DNA of 60,237 nucleotides, filler included, from Bipalium vagum (taxonomy: Eukaryota), in assembly GCA_037834085.1 (NCBI GenBank). It is 3 parts of 3 records of this genome, joined end to end, with 100 filler letters (N's around TTAATTAATTAA, not from the genome) between each part and the next. Parts side by side here need not be neighbours in the genome. Positions count along the whole stretch, not along the records: positions 18,477 to 42,901 come from JBBMKC010201163.1; 2 more parts are not named here. One strand, 5' to 3'. The position numbers and the translations under genes are program-made. Under the pieces are notes generated by a model. It ran no database searches. It worked only from the letters and a program-made list of their open reading frames with translations, and had not been told where the DNA came from. Shown one piece after another: positions 28,561 through 43,001 of the stretch (the stretch's first letter is position 1; each line of letters opens with the position of its first letter).

Positions 28561-29015
28561 CATTATTAATTGGAAAACACTTTGTTTAGAAATATTTATT
28601 ATTGAATGCTCATAAAATTCAAAACAACTAATATTTTCGGAAAAAATTTGAAAATATGAATGATAAACGAACAAAATTTTTCTAAGATAATTTTCAGTTT
28701 TATTGTTATTGATTAAAATTAAAATATTATAAAAAGTAATAATAATAAAAATATTGAAGAAATATTTGATTTTAAATAGAGCAATTAAATAACAAAAACA
28801 TTAAGTAAGTTAAATAAGAAAAGCATTTTTGACATGAAATATTATGGAAAATTATTAAGAAAATATAAAAATTTGAGTTTAAAAGATCAATATTTAAAAC
28901 TTTTTACAGACTGAAACATGTTCAGTACATTAATTGTAATTACTTAATATTAATATTTCCATTCTTTATTTTTAAAATAAATTATTTTCATAATAAAAAA
29001 AATAATAAAAATAAA

Positions 29016-29079
<64 letters not shown>

Positions 29080-30539
29080 TAATATTATTAATAATTGAAT
29101 TCATATTCCCCCGATTTCTGATTGTAATACTTTAAAAAATGAAAATTGGTTTTGAGAAAACAGGAATATAACTTCCAATAAATGCAAATAAATAATTATA
29201 AATTTCGAAAATTATTTCAAAACCATGTGATATAAAGGTTTATTTTAAATTATATATTAAAACTTTGATTTAGTAACTATAGATTGAAGAATATAGGTCA
29301 TTTTCCAGTTCTATAAAATACATGTGAACAACAGAGTTCTCAATTTAAAAATTTCAGTTCTTTTGTATTAATAATAAAAAAACATTTCGAAATTCACTCG
29401 AAATCAGCCTTGATGAAGTTCTGTGAAATTTTAATTTTTCAAGATTCTGTAAACACATTTTAAGTCACTATGGACTATCTGACTTTATTTATGTTATAAA
29501 TATTAAAATTAATTCCTTGTTTAATTATAATTGATATTTTTAGATTTTTTTTTATTAAAAATCTGTTGGTAAATATTTACTCTAATATAAATGCATAGTT
29601 TAGGTCACGAAATATTTTTTAAAAAGTGAACCACCAATCTGTTCAATATTGGCAAATGGGAAGATTTTATGAAAGTATATTCGATGGGAAAAGAAATTCA
29701 GATATAATTTGAAAGTAAGACAGTAAATTAATAAGAACAAAAACAATAGAAAAATTTCCATCGATTCAGATACCTAAGCCAGATAAGGTAGTTCGTAGAA
29801 TTTTCCTTTTAACCTAAGAAATATGAGTCACATTGCTCTTAGCACCTGTTCGATAGTATAAACAATAGCATAAAAATATATTTACAATTTTCATAAAACC
29901 GCAGTTAAGCAACAATTTAATTTGAAATGAATAAAGTGGATGTTACAAAAGATTTCGCTAAGTTAAAGAATTGTGAATAACTGATTCTTACAGACTTATT
30001 TACTTTGAAACAATAAATAAATATCTCTTAAGAAAATAGTAATGACGATTGTTAGATTAATTTCCGGAATAATTAAAAATATGAATTAATCTCCAAAATT
30101 TTTAGGATAACATTGAAATCTATAGCATATTGGTAAAACCCCTTTTAATAATTAGACACATGTTTCTCTCAAGGTTTATTGTTTTTATTAGATAAATTTT
30201 TAATACCATTTCTACGAATATTTTGAGAATTTCTTATTATTTTTCATTTTTTTAAATTTCAAAATTGTTTTAAATAAAAAATTAAGTGCTATTTAAATTT
30301 TAATTCTTTCCCTATTTGTTATTGACTCGTAACATGTTATGTGACTTTCTTTTTTTAATAATACTTTTTTTATGAAATATGAATAAAAGTATTTATGTTT
30401 CCTTTATCCTTGATCACTTAATTCATTAAGTCAAATATAAATAAAATCAATACAGGACTACCAAGTTTTTATTAATATAATCTAAATTTAAAATATTTTC
30501 AAAGTTCATCAAAACATGATTTCAGATTATTTTATTTAT

Positions 30540-31540
30540 AATATTAATTTGAATTTATTACTACAGGATTACGTTTTCCATTGATAGAGGTCGAAGACTA
30601 GGAATTCACGAAAGTGGAATCATTTTTAGAGAAAACTTCAGACGTTAGAGAAGAAGTTATTTCTTTTTTTATGGTCTTGAAATTTGTGATTAGAGACAGA
30701 ATTTCAACATTGTCACATTGTCAGCGGATAATATTGAAGCGACAACGAACGTGAAAATACGCACCTTCACCCCATAGTTGTAAGAGACAGATATTTATGC
30801 TAACCATAAAATTGACAATAAGCCTTAGAAAAAGTTATCATCAGAACAACACATCGAAAATTGAGTAGAATCAATCTGCGCAAATACCTTCAAAATGATG
30901 TTTACAATTGAGATTTAGCTAGTGTGAGGAAAGGAATCGTATCATCTTAAATAATGATTAAAGATTATGTTTACAGCAAATTGATGAAAACTTTAGAGTG
31001 AGACTTTACCGTGTTATCAAATCACATATGAATTACATCTTGAATAATGATATCGGGTATCATATACTTTGAATTCCGGTTACCCCTTATTTATCAGAGA
31101 TAAGTGGAATGCTCTTCGATATATTGATGAAATTCTGAGATCCATATTACTTCCATTAATGAAAATAATTTCATTACTTCCCAGGCGGTAATTTCCAAAA
31201 AAAACAATGTGTAACCTCAATCGATAAGTATTACAGAAAAGTGTTTGGAAGAATCAGATGTGGAAATAATAGCTAGACCAGCACATTCACCAATTTTTTC
31301 TCCTCTTGAACATGTGTGGGATATCACGGATTGTCAGTTAGTCAACCTTTGGTATTCTTAAAACATTGCATGAATTTAAAAATCAGCTACAAATATGAAA
31401 CAACATACTCTAAGATAAAATAACTCTTCTAATTATTAGTACACGAAGAATAACCCAAGATTTTGTCATAAAAAACGGTGGCATAATTCTCTATTACATG
31501 TTTTCCCTAAGTTTTTAATTTATGCAATTTGATCAAATAT
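30540..31540 (+). mobile_element. Decayed Tc1-like (DD34E) element
   Basis: RPAHSPIFSPLEHVWD (compare WPARSPDLSPIEHVWD) near 31277-31325 and C-terminal KNGG. Confidence 0.7.
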
Positions 31541-31650
31541 ATTTGTTCAATTGTAATATTTTAGTGTTATCTTTATTGCATGAGTATTTTTTGATCAATA
31601 AAGAACATATTTCAACATTATTCATGTAGCAATGCTTATAATAATTATAC

Positions 31651-31933
31651 CAAGTCAGTAAAATCAAGGAAATTTCTGATTTCTAATAGCAATTCTTGAT
31701 AAATCACGAAGCAGTCTACATTACACGTTAGTTTAAAACAATACTTTTTCTAATCACACCAAATTAGCAAAATCAATTATTTGTCAATTGATATTTGGAC
31801 AAATTAATTAATATTTAATCCAATTCGTCAATTAGAAAAGCATTATATTTTACGGTTCAAATAATTTCTGACTTACTTGAATTTGTGGTCATTGATATTG
31901 CAATTTCATCTTGTATGTCCACATTCGTGTATT
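31651..31933 (-). CDS. Two candidate exons (31877-31933 YTNVDIQDEIAISMTTNS; 31651-31715 CFVIYQELLLEIRNFLDFTDL), probably of the same unknown gene
   Basis: TAG acceptors, GTAAGT and GTATAA donors, mutually in phase; the link to the 27156 exon needs an unidentified intervening exon. Confidence 0.45.
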
Positions 31934-33259
31934 CTAGTACAATACAAGCATTATATACATGTTACAAGTAAAATTTCATAAGTTTCCATTATATTTTAGT
32001 TTTATGTTTATGTTAACGAATTTTTCTTATTATCAAATGCTTTTAGTGGCTGATTAAAATAAAACTTCCTGTGTAACCTATCAAGAAAAATTATTTCTTA
32101 TAAATGTAAATGAAAATTTAAGGTTTATGTATTGATTCTAATATTTTTCTTTTCGGTATAACCGTTAATATTTTATTATTGTCTATTTGTTGTTTTTCTT
32201 CTTTTGTCTTCTAGTAATGTTTCATAGATAATAAAGAAAACAATCAATATCATCAATTCATTGGTGAATATTTGCATTTATTTGACGTAACTTTAAAATC
32301 TATACATGTTTATATTAAAACACTGTTATTATTTATTTATTAAATTCCATTCATCTTTTATAATGAATAAGATTAATAAAATAATATATTAATAAATAAA
32401 TAAAATATATAATGTTGACATTTCTGATGAAGTCATATTATGTTTCTTTAATTTTAAATTTTAATAAGGATCAGAAACTTTGAGATAAACTTAGTAACAT
32501 TCAACTGTCATTGAACCTGGTTCTCTTAACGAAAGACGTTTTACCTAAATGTGATCTCGAGTTAAATTTTATTTTTTAAAAATATATTTCTGAAAAATTT
32601 TTATTTTCTCTTGTCATAAGCATACTATGGTGTGATATAAATTCAAAGCCAAAAACGATTAGATAGATCATATGTATCATGGCATAATATAGAAGATGAT
32701 ACATTTTGATTGAAAACTCTAGACTCTTAGACCATCAATATTGATTCATAACATTAATATATAGCATCTTTACTTGTTAATAGAAATGAAATAATCTCTC
32801 TGAGAATTAATTGTTAATTTTGTTATAATAAAAACTAATTTGTGTTCTTGTTGTTAGAATAAGCAAATTCAATCACTTCTTTCTATTTAAATATAAATAT
32901 ACAGAATTTTTGTTTTATATTATAAAATAAATATTATTATCAGTTCAAAATTAATTCTTAAAACTCATAAATCTGCCTTAAAGGCAAATGACTATATATT
33001 CAAAACTATCTCCTAATCCTTTTGTGACCCTTAATCTAACCTTCAAATAAACACTAACTCAATCATTAATTTATATTGATTTATTCTGAAAATAATTTCA
33101 TTTTTTTCAACACGATATTTCGGTCCAATTTTTAAGGCATTTTGTGTTCTTTAATTAATTTGATTTCATTATACATTTTTAAAATTATATTTAAGATATG
33201 ATTTATTTTAAAATTTTGTTAATTTATCTCAAAAAACTTTTCAGACCGCAGATTTGAAA

Positions 33260-34070
33260 TGGATGTTGACAAATTGCATTTCAGACACATTTTATTGTTT
33301 TATTATCAAAAGGTAAAATTTTAATTTTGAACTCAAGATCTTTCACATGCGCATGGATTGCTCTGACCACTGAGCTACATCCCCCGAGTAATTTTCAATT
33401 TATATCTCATCCCCCTCCTTTAAAGCTGACGTCCAGACCCTTAACCGACCCGAGTCTCTTTACTGCCATTTCCATTCCATTCCTTTACTTTTGCATTTTA
33501 GAGACCTTGTCCGCTGGTTGGTGTCCTGTGGTGGTCGCCATGTTAATTTCAATCGGTTTACAAACAAAACTACAAGTCATTTTTAGAATAAATTTATTAA
33601 TTTTTGATTGTAAGCCGATTGATATTAACAATTTCCATAGTATTTTGCAATCAACTGATCAAATTAAATTCCAGCATTAAACAGAAAATACCACAATAGA
33701 GTAACAGAAAATGTGTGGTGTTTCATTAAGAAAATGCCAGGATTCATACCAGTTTGGTCACTCGTCAGGGGTTTTACACCTTGGATGGAATGTACTGTCA
33801 CATCCATCAAATTCACATGATATGGCGCCCTTAAACTGTTACTTGTCTCAATCTGTACAAATTTTTTTAAACGTTACATCTTTTAATTCTAATTCTGGTG
33901 TCACCAAACCTGGATCAATTTTCGCAAGTAAAGATCAGAACTTTTATGAAAGTCGAATCATTCTACCAGACATAATCAATAATAATATAATAAAATACAT
34001 GTTTAGTATTAAATTACCGAACTTTGTTTTTCATATATAAAACGAAATCATTTTTTTCCGAACAACGAAA
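33260..34070 (+). mobile_element. Internally deleted mariner (mellifera-like) interrupted by a TRIM
   Basis: MDVDKLHFRHILLFYY at 33260; LGWNVLSHPSNSHDMAPLNCYL at about 33780; TIR remnant at about 34040-34070. Confidence 0.8.
33327..33545 (-). mobile_element. tRNA-containing miniature LTR retrotransposon (TRIM), copy 1: end of 5' LTR, PBS, 131-bp internal region, PPT, partial 3' LTR
   Basis: Minus strand: TAACA | TGGCGACCAC (PBS) ... AAAGGAGGGGGA (PPT) | TGAGATATA... GGGGATGTAGCTCAGTGGTCAGAGC (tRNA-Ala-like, A box); homologous to 57195-57359. Confidence 0.8.
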
Positions 34071-34523
34071 AAGTTAATAAAAAATAATAAGTGACAGATT
34101 TAAATTAACTTTTATTTAATTAAAGAGTAAGTAATTTTCCATAAGATCACACTTTTTAATTAACAATTTGTTGTATTCTTTTATTATTATCATTATTAAT
34201 TAGTTATTTAATAGACAATAAAACAATCCTTGTCGAGACAATAAAATAAATTTCCATCTCAATTAAATTGTTTCAATGAAAACTTAATCAAGATAACAAC
34301 TTTAGCAAATGCGAAAATATCTATAAAAACAATAAACGAAACTTAATTGCTCACATAAACGAGGAAATTTCTTTAATATTTATTTATTGCCTTAATGTAA
34401 ACTTATATAAATTTGCAATTTCTTACACAGAATATTACCCAAACTCTAAAGTAAAGCAGTTTTGCAATTTCGAAAACGAAATTCCAAGAATTTTGTAAAA
34501 ATCACTTAAATTTTTTGTTTATA

Positions 34524-34759
34524 TCAGGTTTTGTAGTATGAAATTTGTAGGTAATGAAAATAGTGAGCAACGTGGTCGTCCAGAATCAAAGGTGTGCAAC
34601 GACAAATTAAAGATGATCATTGAGTCTAACCCATGTCAGAGTGCCCAGAAATTGTCTGTAAGGTTTGGTGTCACCAAAAAAACTATTTTAGATCATATAA
34701 ATCAAATTTATTAATAAACTTTGTTTTTCATTTTACAAATTTCATAATACACAACCTGA
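34524..34759 (+). mobile_element. Internally deleted mariner (cecropia-like), MITE-sized
   Basis: TA-flanked TIRs TCAGGTTTTGTAGTATGAAATTTGTA / TACAAATTTCATAATACACAACCTGA; internal RGRPESKVCNDKLKMIIESNPCQS...TILDHINQI. Confidence 0.85.
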
Positions 34760-35055
34760 TATTTACACATTACCTTAAAATAATAAAAAATGAAAATATA
34801 ATATTTAATTAAATTAAAAAACTAAAAATAATTTTTTCAGCAATAGAAAAAAATTAATAAAACCAAAAGACTTGAACTATAAACAAAACTATTTGTCATT
34901 TTGATTTAGTTATAAACTCTAAACCTAGAATCATACTCCACAAGCCCTAATTTGTGTTCAGAAACATACCTTTGGCTTTATTAATTTATGAAAAGTTTAA
35001 ATAAACGCCCATATTCGAAAATTGTCGAAAGATGGAATATTTACTCATTGAATTA

Positions 35056-35584
35056 CCGTAGATACTCGAATATAAGTCAACCTCGTGTATAAGTCGAGGG
35101 GGAAAATGGGAAATTCTGTGAAGAACCGTATGACTCTCATATAAGTCGAGGTAAAAATATATGTCTAGATAGTTTCCTCTTTCGTACATTTCCGCATATT
35201 TGATCACTTTAAGTTTAAAGGAAGCATAATACGCACATCGTTTTCGTTTCTGTTCTGGCATTTTGTGTGTGTAGAATGACTGAATTTCATAATTGTGACA
35301 GGTGACATGTGCTATATATAAGCGAGTTGTGTGCGACGTGCTAAGAAAGGGCTTTGAGAAATTTGAAAAAAATTTATCATGCGTAGCACTGTGATGCTGA
35401 GAAAAACTGGAAAAAAACGAAACATAAATGATAACCAGTATTCAATTATGAACACAACGCGGTACATTGTATAAATACAGCTATTACATTGGTTAAAACT
35501 GCTATGACTCTTATATCAGTTGACCCCATTTTTTTCATCAAATTTTATAGAAAAAAGCCTCGACTTATATTCGAGTATCTAAGG
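35056..35584 (-). mobile_element. Non-autonomous pogo-family element retaining the start of a Brinker-type DNA-binding domain
   Basis: TA-flanked TIRs CCGTAGATACTCGAATATAAGTC / GACTTATATTCGAGTATCTAAGG; subterminal TATAAGTCGA repeats; KRKRCAYYASFKLKVIKYAE. Confidence 0.85.
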
Positions 35585-36857
35585 TATGTATTTTTTACCT
35601 TTTTAGATGAAGTATTAAAATATAACAAATAATAGAAAATTATCCAGATCTTCTTATATGCAATGATCCAAGCTAAGGAGCAACTTTTCTTGAAGAAGTC
35701 ATCTTTCTAAATACTTAACTGATAGAATTCAATGCTTAACTGTTAACTGTGAATCGGAATTTTTTAGAAATAGATAATGAATAATGTATTTATGATCAAC
35801 AGATTTATTGATTTTACTATGTCTCTGTAATTCTTGAATATCAATAATAATTAACTAAAGGAAATGAAGCTTTATAATTAAGATCTCGAAAAAATGCCTA
35901 TCTATTAAAAATGGAGGCTTTATGTCAGGTCTTTTTATTATTATATTATCTTATTATATATATTTAAACTTCATTTAATTTTGTTTTGATTTATAAAATA
36001 ATGGAAATTAGTAAAAAATTTTAAATATTATTTTGCATTATTATAAATGTCTTTTCATGCATGAAGGATCATTGTATAGTATTTAAATTCTGTGATTTCT
36101 AAAAAACTGTGATGAAAAAAGCATATATACGTAAATCGCAATTCATATTAAAATTTCTGAAAAATTATAAGCGCAATTTGTAAATAATATATTATAGCAT
36201 TTTATTCTACATAACGGACAGAAGTAAACATCGTGTTAACAAACTTATTCTAAGATTTGGGTCAGTGAAAACAATAAACCTTCCTTTGTCACACCCAACG
36301 ATACAGTGGCAGTGTAATTAATTCCATTACGTGACAAGCCAAATTATCTAATAATAAAATAATTGCATTTTTATGCATATATATTCTTAAAATTAGGCAA
36401 AAATGTTTTAAAAGCTTTTAATTTTTAATTTAATCTTATTTTGTAATATACTTTTTATTTTATACTTTCTAACTTCGGGAAATATAGAAAAAGACCACAC
36501 CTGTGTATTAACCATAAAAAACGTGTGTATATTTAACGTAAAAGATAGTTGATATATTTTGGATATTTTATGGAATCTTTTAAAATCACTTATTGAATCA
36601 AATACATACTAGCTTTGGACAACTACCGATTTAACCATGCAAAACGTGTTATTAATTTGGTCAAAGGGAACAGGCTTTATTTATTTCACTTTGTTCTCAA
36701 TTGAGTATAATTAAAGAATATGCCAGTTCCAAACTATGAATATTTCCTTGGAAACCAACAAGAATGAGGTACTTGGTCAGTATACTCAAGAAAAAGTTAA
36801 ACAGAAAGTCGTTTTTTAAACATACAATTAAGATTAACATTAAAAACACGAAGATAA

Positions 36858-36999
36858 CTGTTCCACTAAAGTTTCAAATCGAAGATTTTTAAATTCATAT
36901 TTCCATACAAATTGGGAAATATAAAAATAAAGATATGGTATTCATCGACCACATCTTTACGAATATTAAAATCACCGATTTGATACTTTAGTGGAACAG
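36858..36999. mobile_element. About 140-bp MITE-like inverted repeat
   Basis: CTGTTCCACTAAAGTTTCAAATCG ... CGATTTGATACTTTAGTGGAACAG (one mismatch in 24). Confidence 0.7.
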
Positions 37000-37489
37000 A
37001 TATTTTAGTTTAACTTTTTGCAGAAATATACGGATTGATTTGTACGAAATCATATTTTTTCAGTTTTTTACATAAAGAAAAAGATGCAGACATGAGAATA
37101 TGTATCGAAATAACCTTGATCGTGTATATACATTTTAATATTTATATAAAATCTGATCTTGGTTTTGGTTAAGTTATTTTTAAATGGAATCTGAATATTC
37201 TTAAAAATTTTAAACAAAATTTATGCATAAAGCTGTAACATGAAAAATTGTATTTCCCTGTAAGGACATCATAATTCTATAAATGAGTTATTAATTCAAC
37301 AGAATCTTAGCACAATTTCAGATTTTATTGATTCAATTGACAAATCAATTTTGTTATACACGACAAGCACAATGAAACGTTGTCGATTTTACAATGTTTT
37401 GATACTAATATATATTTCTGTAACGAACAATAATTAGAAAAAAAGCACTAATAAATCAATACCAAATAAAATTCAGAATTTTAACAAAC

Positions 37490-37559
37490 CTTTCGATTTC
37501 TTGTTTTTATATGTCGGATCGGACTTGCGAAACAATTGATTGCGATCAGTGAAATTCAT
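37490..37559 (-). CDS. Candidate first coding exon (MNFTDRNQLFRKSDPTYKNKKSK)
   Basis: ATG, open frame, AAG|GTTTGT donor in phase 1 compatible with the exon starting at 31933; lies just downstream of a promoter-like island. Confidence 0.4.
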
Positions 37560-37699
37560 TTCATCGACAATAAGTAGTATTTTATTCGAAAACCATAATG
37601 AATTAAATCCAAAAAACAACGATGTACGATGAAATGATCATGTTAACCAACATTCTAGATTAATTCATTGAAATAAAGTCTTTAATGTATCTCATTCTG

Positions 37700-37900
37700 G
37701 ATGGAATTATACAATGAAATAGTCATTGTTGTAAAGTATAGTGCATCAACAGTGTGTATGTACTTGTATCAGTCTGTTTGTTGAATGTGTGTGTGTTTAA
37801 CGTAAGTGTTGAATGTGTGCTGGTTAGTTGTATTCAGGTATATGCAAGTGACGTTATGACGCATCACAAGATAGTTGAAACGCTTTTCTATTGGCTAACT
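37700..37900 (-). promoter_or_regulatory. Candidate promoter
   Basis: GC-enriched non-TE island with two TGACG half-CRE sites (37849, 37857) and a CCAAT box (ATTGG at 37890). Confidence 0.3.
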
Positions 37901-39059
37901 ATTTTTATTGTATGAGTGAAATTGTAAAATGACTTCATTGTTTTATGTTCATGATTTTTAAATGAATAATCAAATCTTTCGTTCAGCTGTCATGGTCCAT
38001 TTTGAACTGGAATGCGACTTGGAGTAAACCAAGTGATTCTGGATCACTTAGACTTGGATTGAATCAATAAAAAACTTCAAAAGTTTTGGTTACAATAAAT
38101 AGTGCACTTTCACATGTTGATGTCTATGAAGAAAATAATCGATTATTATGAATGTGGACGTTTTATTAAGTATTTCGAAATTAAATAAATAGTTGGACTG
38201 TTGTTTTATTTTACTTTCTGGAACGTTGAACATTTTGAAAATGAATGAAAATTATTACTTGAAAAACACATTTATAAGAAAGAGAAACAATGAATAATAA
38301 ATCTATAAATCCTCAGTCCCAAACATTTTATCTTAATAATACGTTGAAAGCAATGTTAGTTGCTTTGTTTTATGTTAACCATTTCTTATTGTTTAAAACT
38401 GCTGTGTACGTCAGACCTGTTAGAACAATGGTTTTGTGATTCATAAATATTATGTATCGGAGATATTAACATGATTTTCAGTAAAAAAAATAAAAATAGT
38501 GAGATAAATGAAAACGAGTTAACTTGATTTAATGAAGGATGGGTACTTAATCTCCTGGGCGGTTAAGTACTTTAAAATGGATCTTCTAGCTTCAGTTAAA
38601 TGGAAAGTTGTGGATCAATTAAAAGTTATTGGAAGATCTCTAAAAGTTTATATGGCGAAGTTTTTGCTCGAAACCGAAAACAAAAGAAATGAGTCTAAAG
38701 TGATGACCGTTCATTTTCGTTTTACTTTACCATGCCTGAATGTGAGTATAGAAAATGTACATATATTATTCTTATTAGTTATGAATAAGTTGATCAAAAT
38801 CGCAATTCATTCACTGTGACATTTTACCGGTAAAAAGCATATTAATAATATCAAAGATGTTGATGTCATTTGTACGTAATCATAATAAGGATAAGCTGAA
38901 GAACAATGAGATATTTAAAAATATTACAACTTCAGTTAACATAAAGAAGGTTCATTAATTTTTATCTACTTTTATCTAATCAAAAATTCGCATTTGTTAT
39001 AATATATATTTATAATTACATTTAAATATGGCATACAAAGGTGAAAATATTAATTTATC

Positions 39060-40010
39060 AATGTAAAACTTTCGAGCAATGATTTTATATGAATTCCGAT
39101 GCGGATTGACACAGCACCAATGTCTCGATCGCCTAAATGTCGCATTTCTTGATGATGCTCCATCGAAAACTACAGTGTATTGATGGTTTTATGAATTTAA
39201 GTCTGGACGCGTCTCTTTGTGAGATAATTTCAGAGAAGGTCATCAAAAACAAGTGTATCCCATGAAAATATTGAATTTTTCGGAAATTAATTGAAGAAGA
39301 TCGTCGGACAACATATGATGAAATTCAGACCTCATTGAGTATGTCTCTGACTTCAATTCATTCTATTTTACATGAACACTTGGGTGTCAGAAAGCTGTTA
39401 TCATTGGAAAACGCATATTCTTACAATTGATAAAAACAATTGAAAACGAGATTGTGTTAATTGGTTCAAGGCTCTAGTCGATAGATTTAAGCATGGAACC
39501 TCAAAACATGTTTATCATATCGTCAGTGATAATGAATTATGGATATACTGATATGAACCCGAAAAAGTAGCAGTCAACTGTTTTTTTGTTTCAGGAAGAA
39601 AAATTACCAATAAAATTTGTTCGATCCCGGAATACCCCCAAGCAAATGGTTGTCTGTTTCATAGACAAATCAGGTCATATTGCACAGTTTTTCAAGTGGG
39701 ATACTACAGTTTGCTTGCCTGAAGTCAAAGAATTAAGAAAAAATAACTCGAATCTCTTCATTATGCTTTATCATGATAATGCCACTTCCCATACGGCCCA
39801 TAAAACAATCGATTTTTGAGGACTCAAAACGTTGAATTATTAATCCATTCATCTTTGTCTTCTTCACATTTGGTTCCATAAAAAATTGCGTGGGCAGCGC
39901 AAATCACATGTTTTGGACATACCGCCTTTGGATTTGAATAAATGTTTCAATGACTGGTTTGACAGAATGCAAGATTGTAACGGTGAATACTTCGAAAAAT
40001 AACGATGCTA
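39060..40010 (+). mobile_element. Decayed mariner (irritans-like)
   Basis: PSKTTVY*WFYEFKSGRVSL; KQMVVCF; LYHDNATSHTAHKT; C-terminal NGEYFEK. Confidence 0.88.
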
Positions 40011-40094
40011 ATTATTGTTATAAATAAATGGTTTTTTTGTGTAATTCTCGAAAATTTTCGACTGGCATACATAAAACAAAAAAAATCTTACCAA

Positions 40095-40244
40095 NNNNNN
40101 NNNNNNNNNNNNNNNNNNNNNNNNNNNNNNNNNNNNNNNNNNNNNNNNNNNNNNNNNNNNNNNNNNNNNNNNNNNNNNNNNNNNNNNNNNNNNNNNNNNN
40201 NNNNNNNNNNNNNNNNNNNNNNNNNNNNNNNNNNNNNNNNNNNN
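40095..40244. other. Assembly gap
   Basis: Run of N; another at 45196-45342. Confidence 0.98.
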
Positions 40245-42850
40245 ATTTTAATAACTTAACTACTTTTCTGCATTTTAGAGATCCAGAAAATATAAAATAT
40301 TTATTGATTAAATGTAACTTATTTAACATCAAATTATTGTTTAATTTTTGTTTAGAAATTGGAATTTACTCAGGAACATTTCAGAACATTACTAAAACAA
40401 AATTTATTATATTTCTTGACAGTAATGACGAACGCTTTTTATTAATAAAAACAAAGACTTTTATAACAATCCGATGCTAGACCTCATAAATTATCTTTGT
40501 TGGAAAACTCAGATTTATTCTTGAATAAAAATAATCAATTAAGTAATAGGTGAAATACGTTTGTCAAGCTTTTTCTAATTTCTATTTGTTTAATTTAACG
40601 AATGATCAAAACCTGATAAAAACAATTATTAATTCAACAATAAGACAAGGTTTAGATGACATGGTCTTGTAAATCCCCCAATAGTTTAATTTTTAAATAA
40701 TTTTTATATTTCTTAAATATTTTAAATTTTCACGGAAAAATTGATAAATAAATTTCTCATTTTATATTGATTTCTGATTTTATAATATTAATAAAGTTTT
40801 TAATTTTCCTTATAATAAATCACTGGATTAAAGCATCAATCAATTATTAAAACAAACAATTTACAATAACTTTTATCCGTTAAATAACTTTTAAATAAAC
40901 TTTCACAGTCATGAATTGATTTGAATTAAACAAGAGACAATGGGTTAATTAATTAATAATAATGAATTAAGTAAATTTGACAATTAGGAACATTATTAAT
41001 GCCATTACCAGAAATAAGAAACAATATACTGACATGTTTCCTAGACACAAGTGCAAGACATTCGTAAACACACTCAGAAGCTCTACGCGATAATAGAACC
41101 AATTGTCAATCATGCGCAGCACTTCCGTTTTATTAATTGCAGACGATGTGGTAATTCAAAATTAATTCTGTAGAATTCAATAAGATTCTGAATATACATT
41201 ATTATTATTATTTACAAATATTAAAATCGTCATTTATTAAATCATTGATTAAAAATAGAACTTGTTTCCTTAGTTTCCTTTGCAATTATCAATTCTTTGT
41301 ATTTAATTGTAAAATTTTATACCAGCCATGAATGACTGAAAATATCACTATTTATTTAAAATAATAATATTAATTTAATCATTCAATAAAAAATGCTGTA
41401 ATTAATATAATATATTAATATAATTAATTAATATATATTAATTTTATTTTTTATTTTCATTTTTTAATTCAACCATAATAAAAATTACTAAAAAAATAAT
41501 GTTGGATGAAAATAATTATTAATAAATAAATTAATTACAAAGTAAAATATGTTTTTGGTTGATATTAAAATTATACAAAATAAAAAAATGATGGATTATA
41601 ATTATTAAAAAATGGAAATGTAAAAACTCCAATTTCTTAAAACTCTATATATAGTTAATAAAATTATAAAAAATTTGTTTCGGTAATTATTTTATTAAAT
41701 ATAAAAAATTTCTTTTGACTTATTTACTTTTTAAATGCAAATAAACATTACGCATTTGTTCTATATTAAATCTATAGATATTTTCAATCTTTTATAATTA
41801 TTATAAAATCTTTCGTCAAATCGATTAACACAAAAAGGTTTTTAATCGATAAGTCTACTTTTAAAAAAATTATTTTCCATAATAACATAAAAAATCTGAA
41901 TATTCAAACAAATTGTTTTAAACCACGGGAATTCATTGTATCATTATAAATTTATAAAATAAATTTAAATTCTGATCAAATATATTTAAAATTATTGATT
42001 TATTATTAAATTCTATTCTTTTAGATGTCTCCATATAACATATTATTTAGTTTAAATGCAAATGCTTTTTTGAAAATCTTCGCGAACTTTAAAAATCATC
42101 AACTACTGTTATGTTTTTGTAAGAATAACAAAAAGGTGGGTTTGAATTTTTTTAATAACATATTATAATTTGTACGCATATTTATTTTTAAATATTAATT
42201 TTTTTATTATAAGTTCTATTTCTTAAAATAATCATCGGTTCTTAAATAAAAAATTATTTATAGAAAAATAGAATATTGTGACCTTAGTGATTTTGTCATT
42301 GGTCAATGAATCAAATTTTTAATAAATATATTCAATATTATTTACTTATTTTAATTTGATTATATTTTAAAAGTAATATTAAAATAGAAAATGTTAATTC
42401 ATTAATTTAAATTTTAATCATTGACCGAAATATCACAATTATTCACAAAAAATACAATAGAGTGCACTTCAAAAATTTTCATAAATAATAACATTTTTTC
42501 ACTAAAATATATCCATAATTTTTAACGACATTTTATAAAAATATTTTTTAGTCAATTCGATATGTGCTAATGTATATATTTAATAAAATTCTGTTGATTG
42601 AGCAGAGAAAATTAGAAACAGATTTTTACTATTTTTTTTATTAATGATTAAAAATTGAAATAATGAAAAATTAAAAGAAATTCTTATGAATAATAAAAGA
42701 CGAATAATAAAAGACAGATAAACATTGAGAGCTCTAAAGTCCACATCTGTCAAATACAATTTGTCATTATGACCGTCGTTAATTATAAAATTAAGAATTA
42801 AAATTTTCAATTATCTTTTTTACTTTAAATCATTTTATTTGTCTTATCCA

Positions 42851-42901
<51 letters not shown>

Positions 42902-43001
42902 NNNNNNNNNNNNNNNNNNNNNNNNNNNNNNNNNNNNNNNNNNNNTTAATTAATTAANNNNNNNNNNNNNNNNNNNNNNNNNNNNNNNNNNNNNNNNNNN
43001 N

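Noticed and set aside
32500-32545. GKTSFVKR P-loop-like peptide
   Set aside because: Very short and followed by a stop; likely chance
37985-38060. miR-1-like (TGGAATG) and miR-133-like (TGGTCC) seeds with a small hairpin
   Set aside because: Only seed-length matches; no convincing pre-miRNA hairpin
38532-38819. 95-aa plus-strand ORF containing an 8-bp hairpin
   Set aside because: No recognisable domain or linked exons; cannot be supported
41030-41190. Exon-like minus-strand stretch (LRMIDNWFYYRVELLSVF)
   Set aside because: In-frame stops directly after both candidate acceptors; unresolved without RNA data
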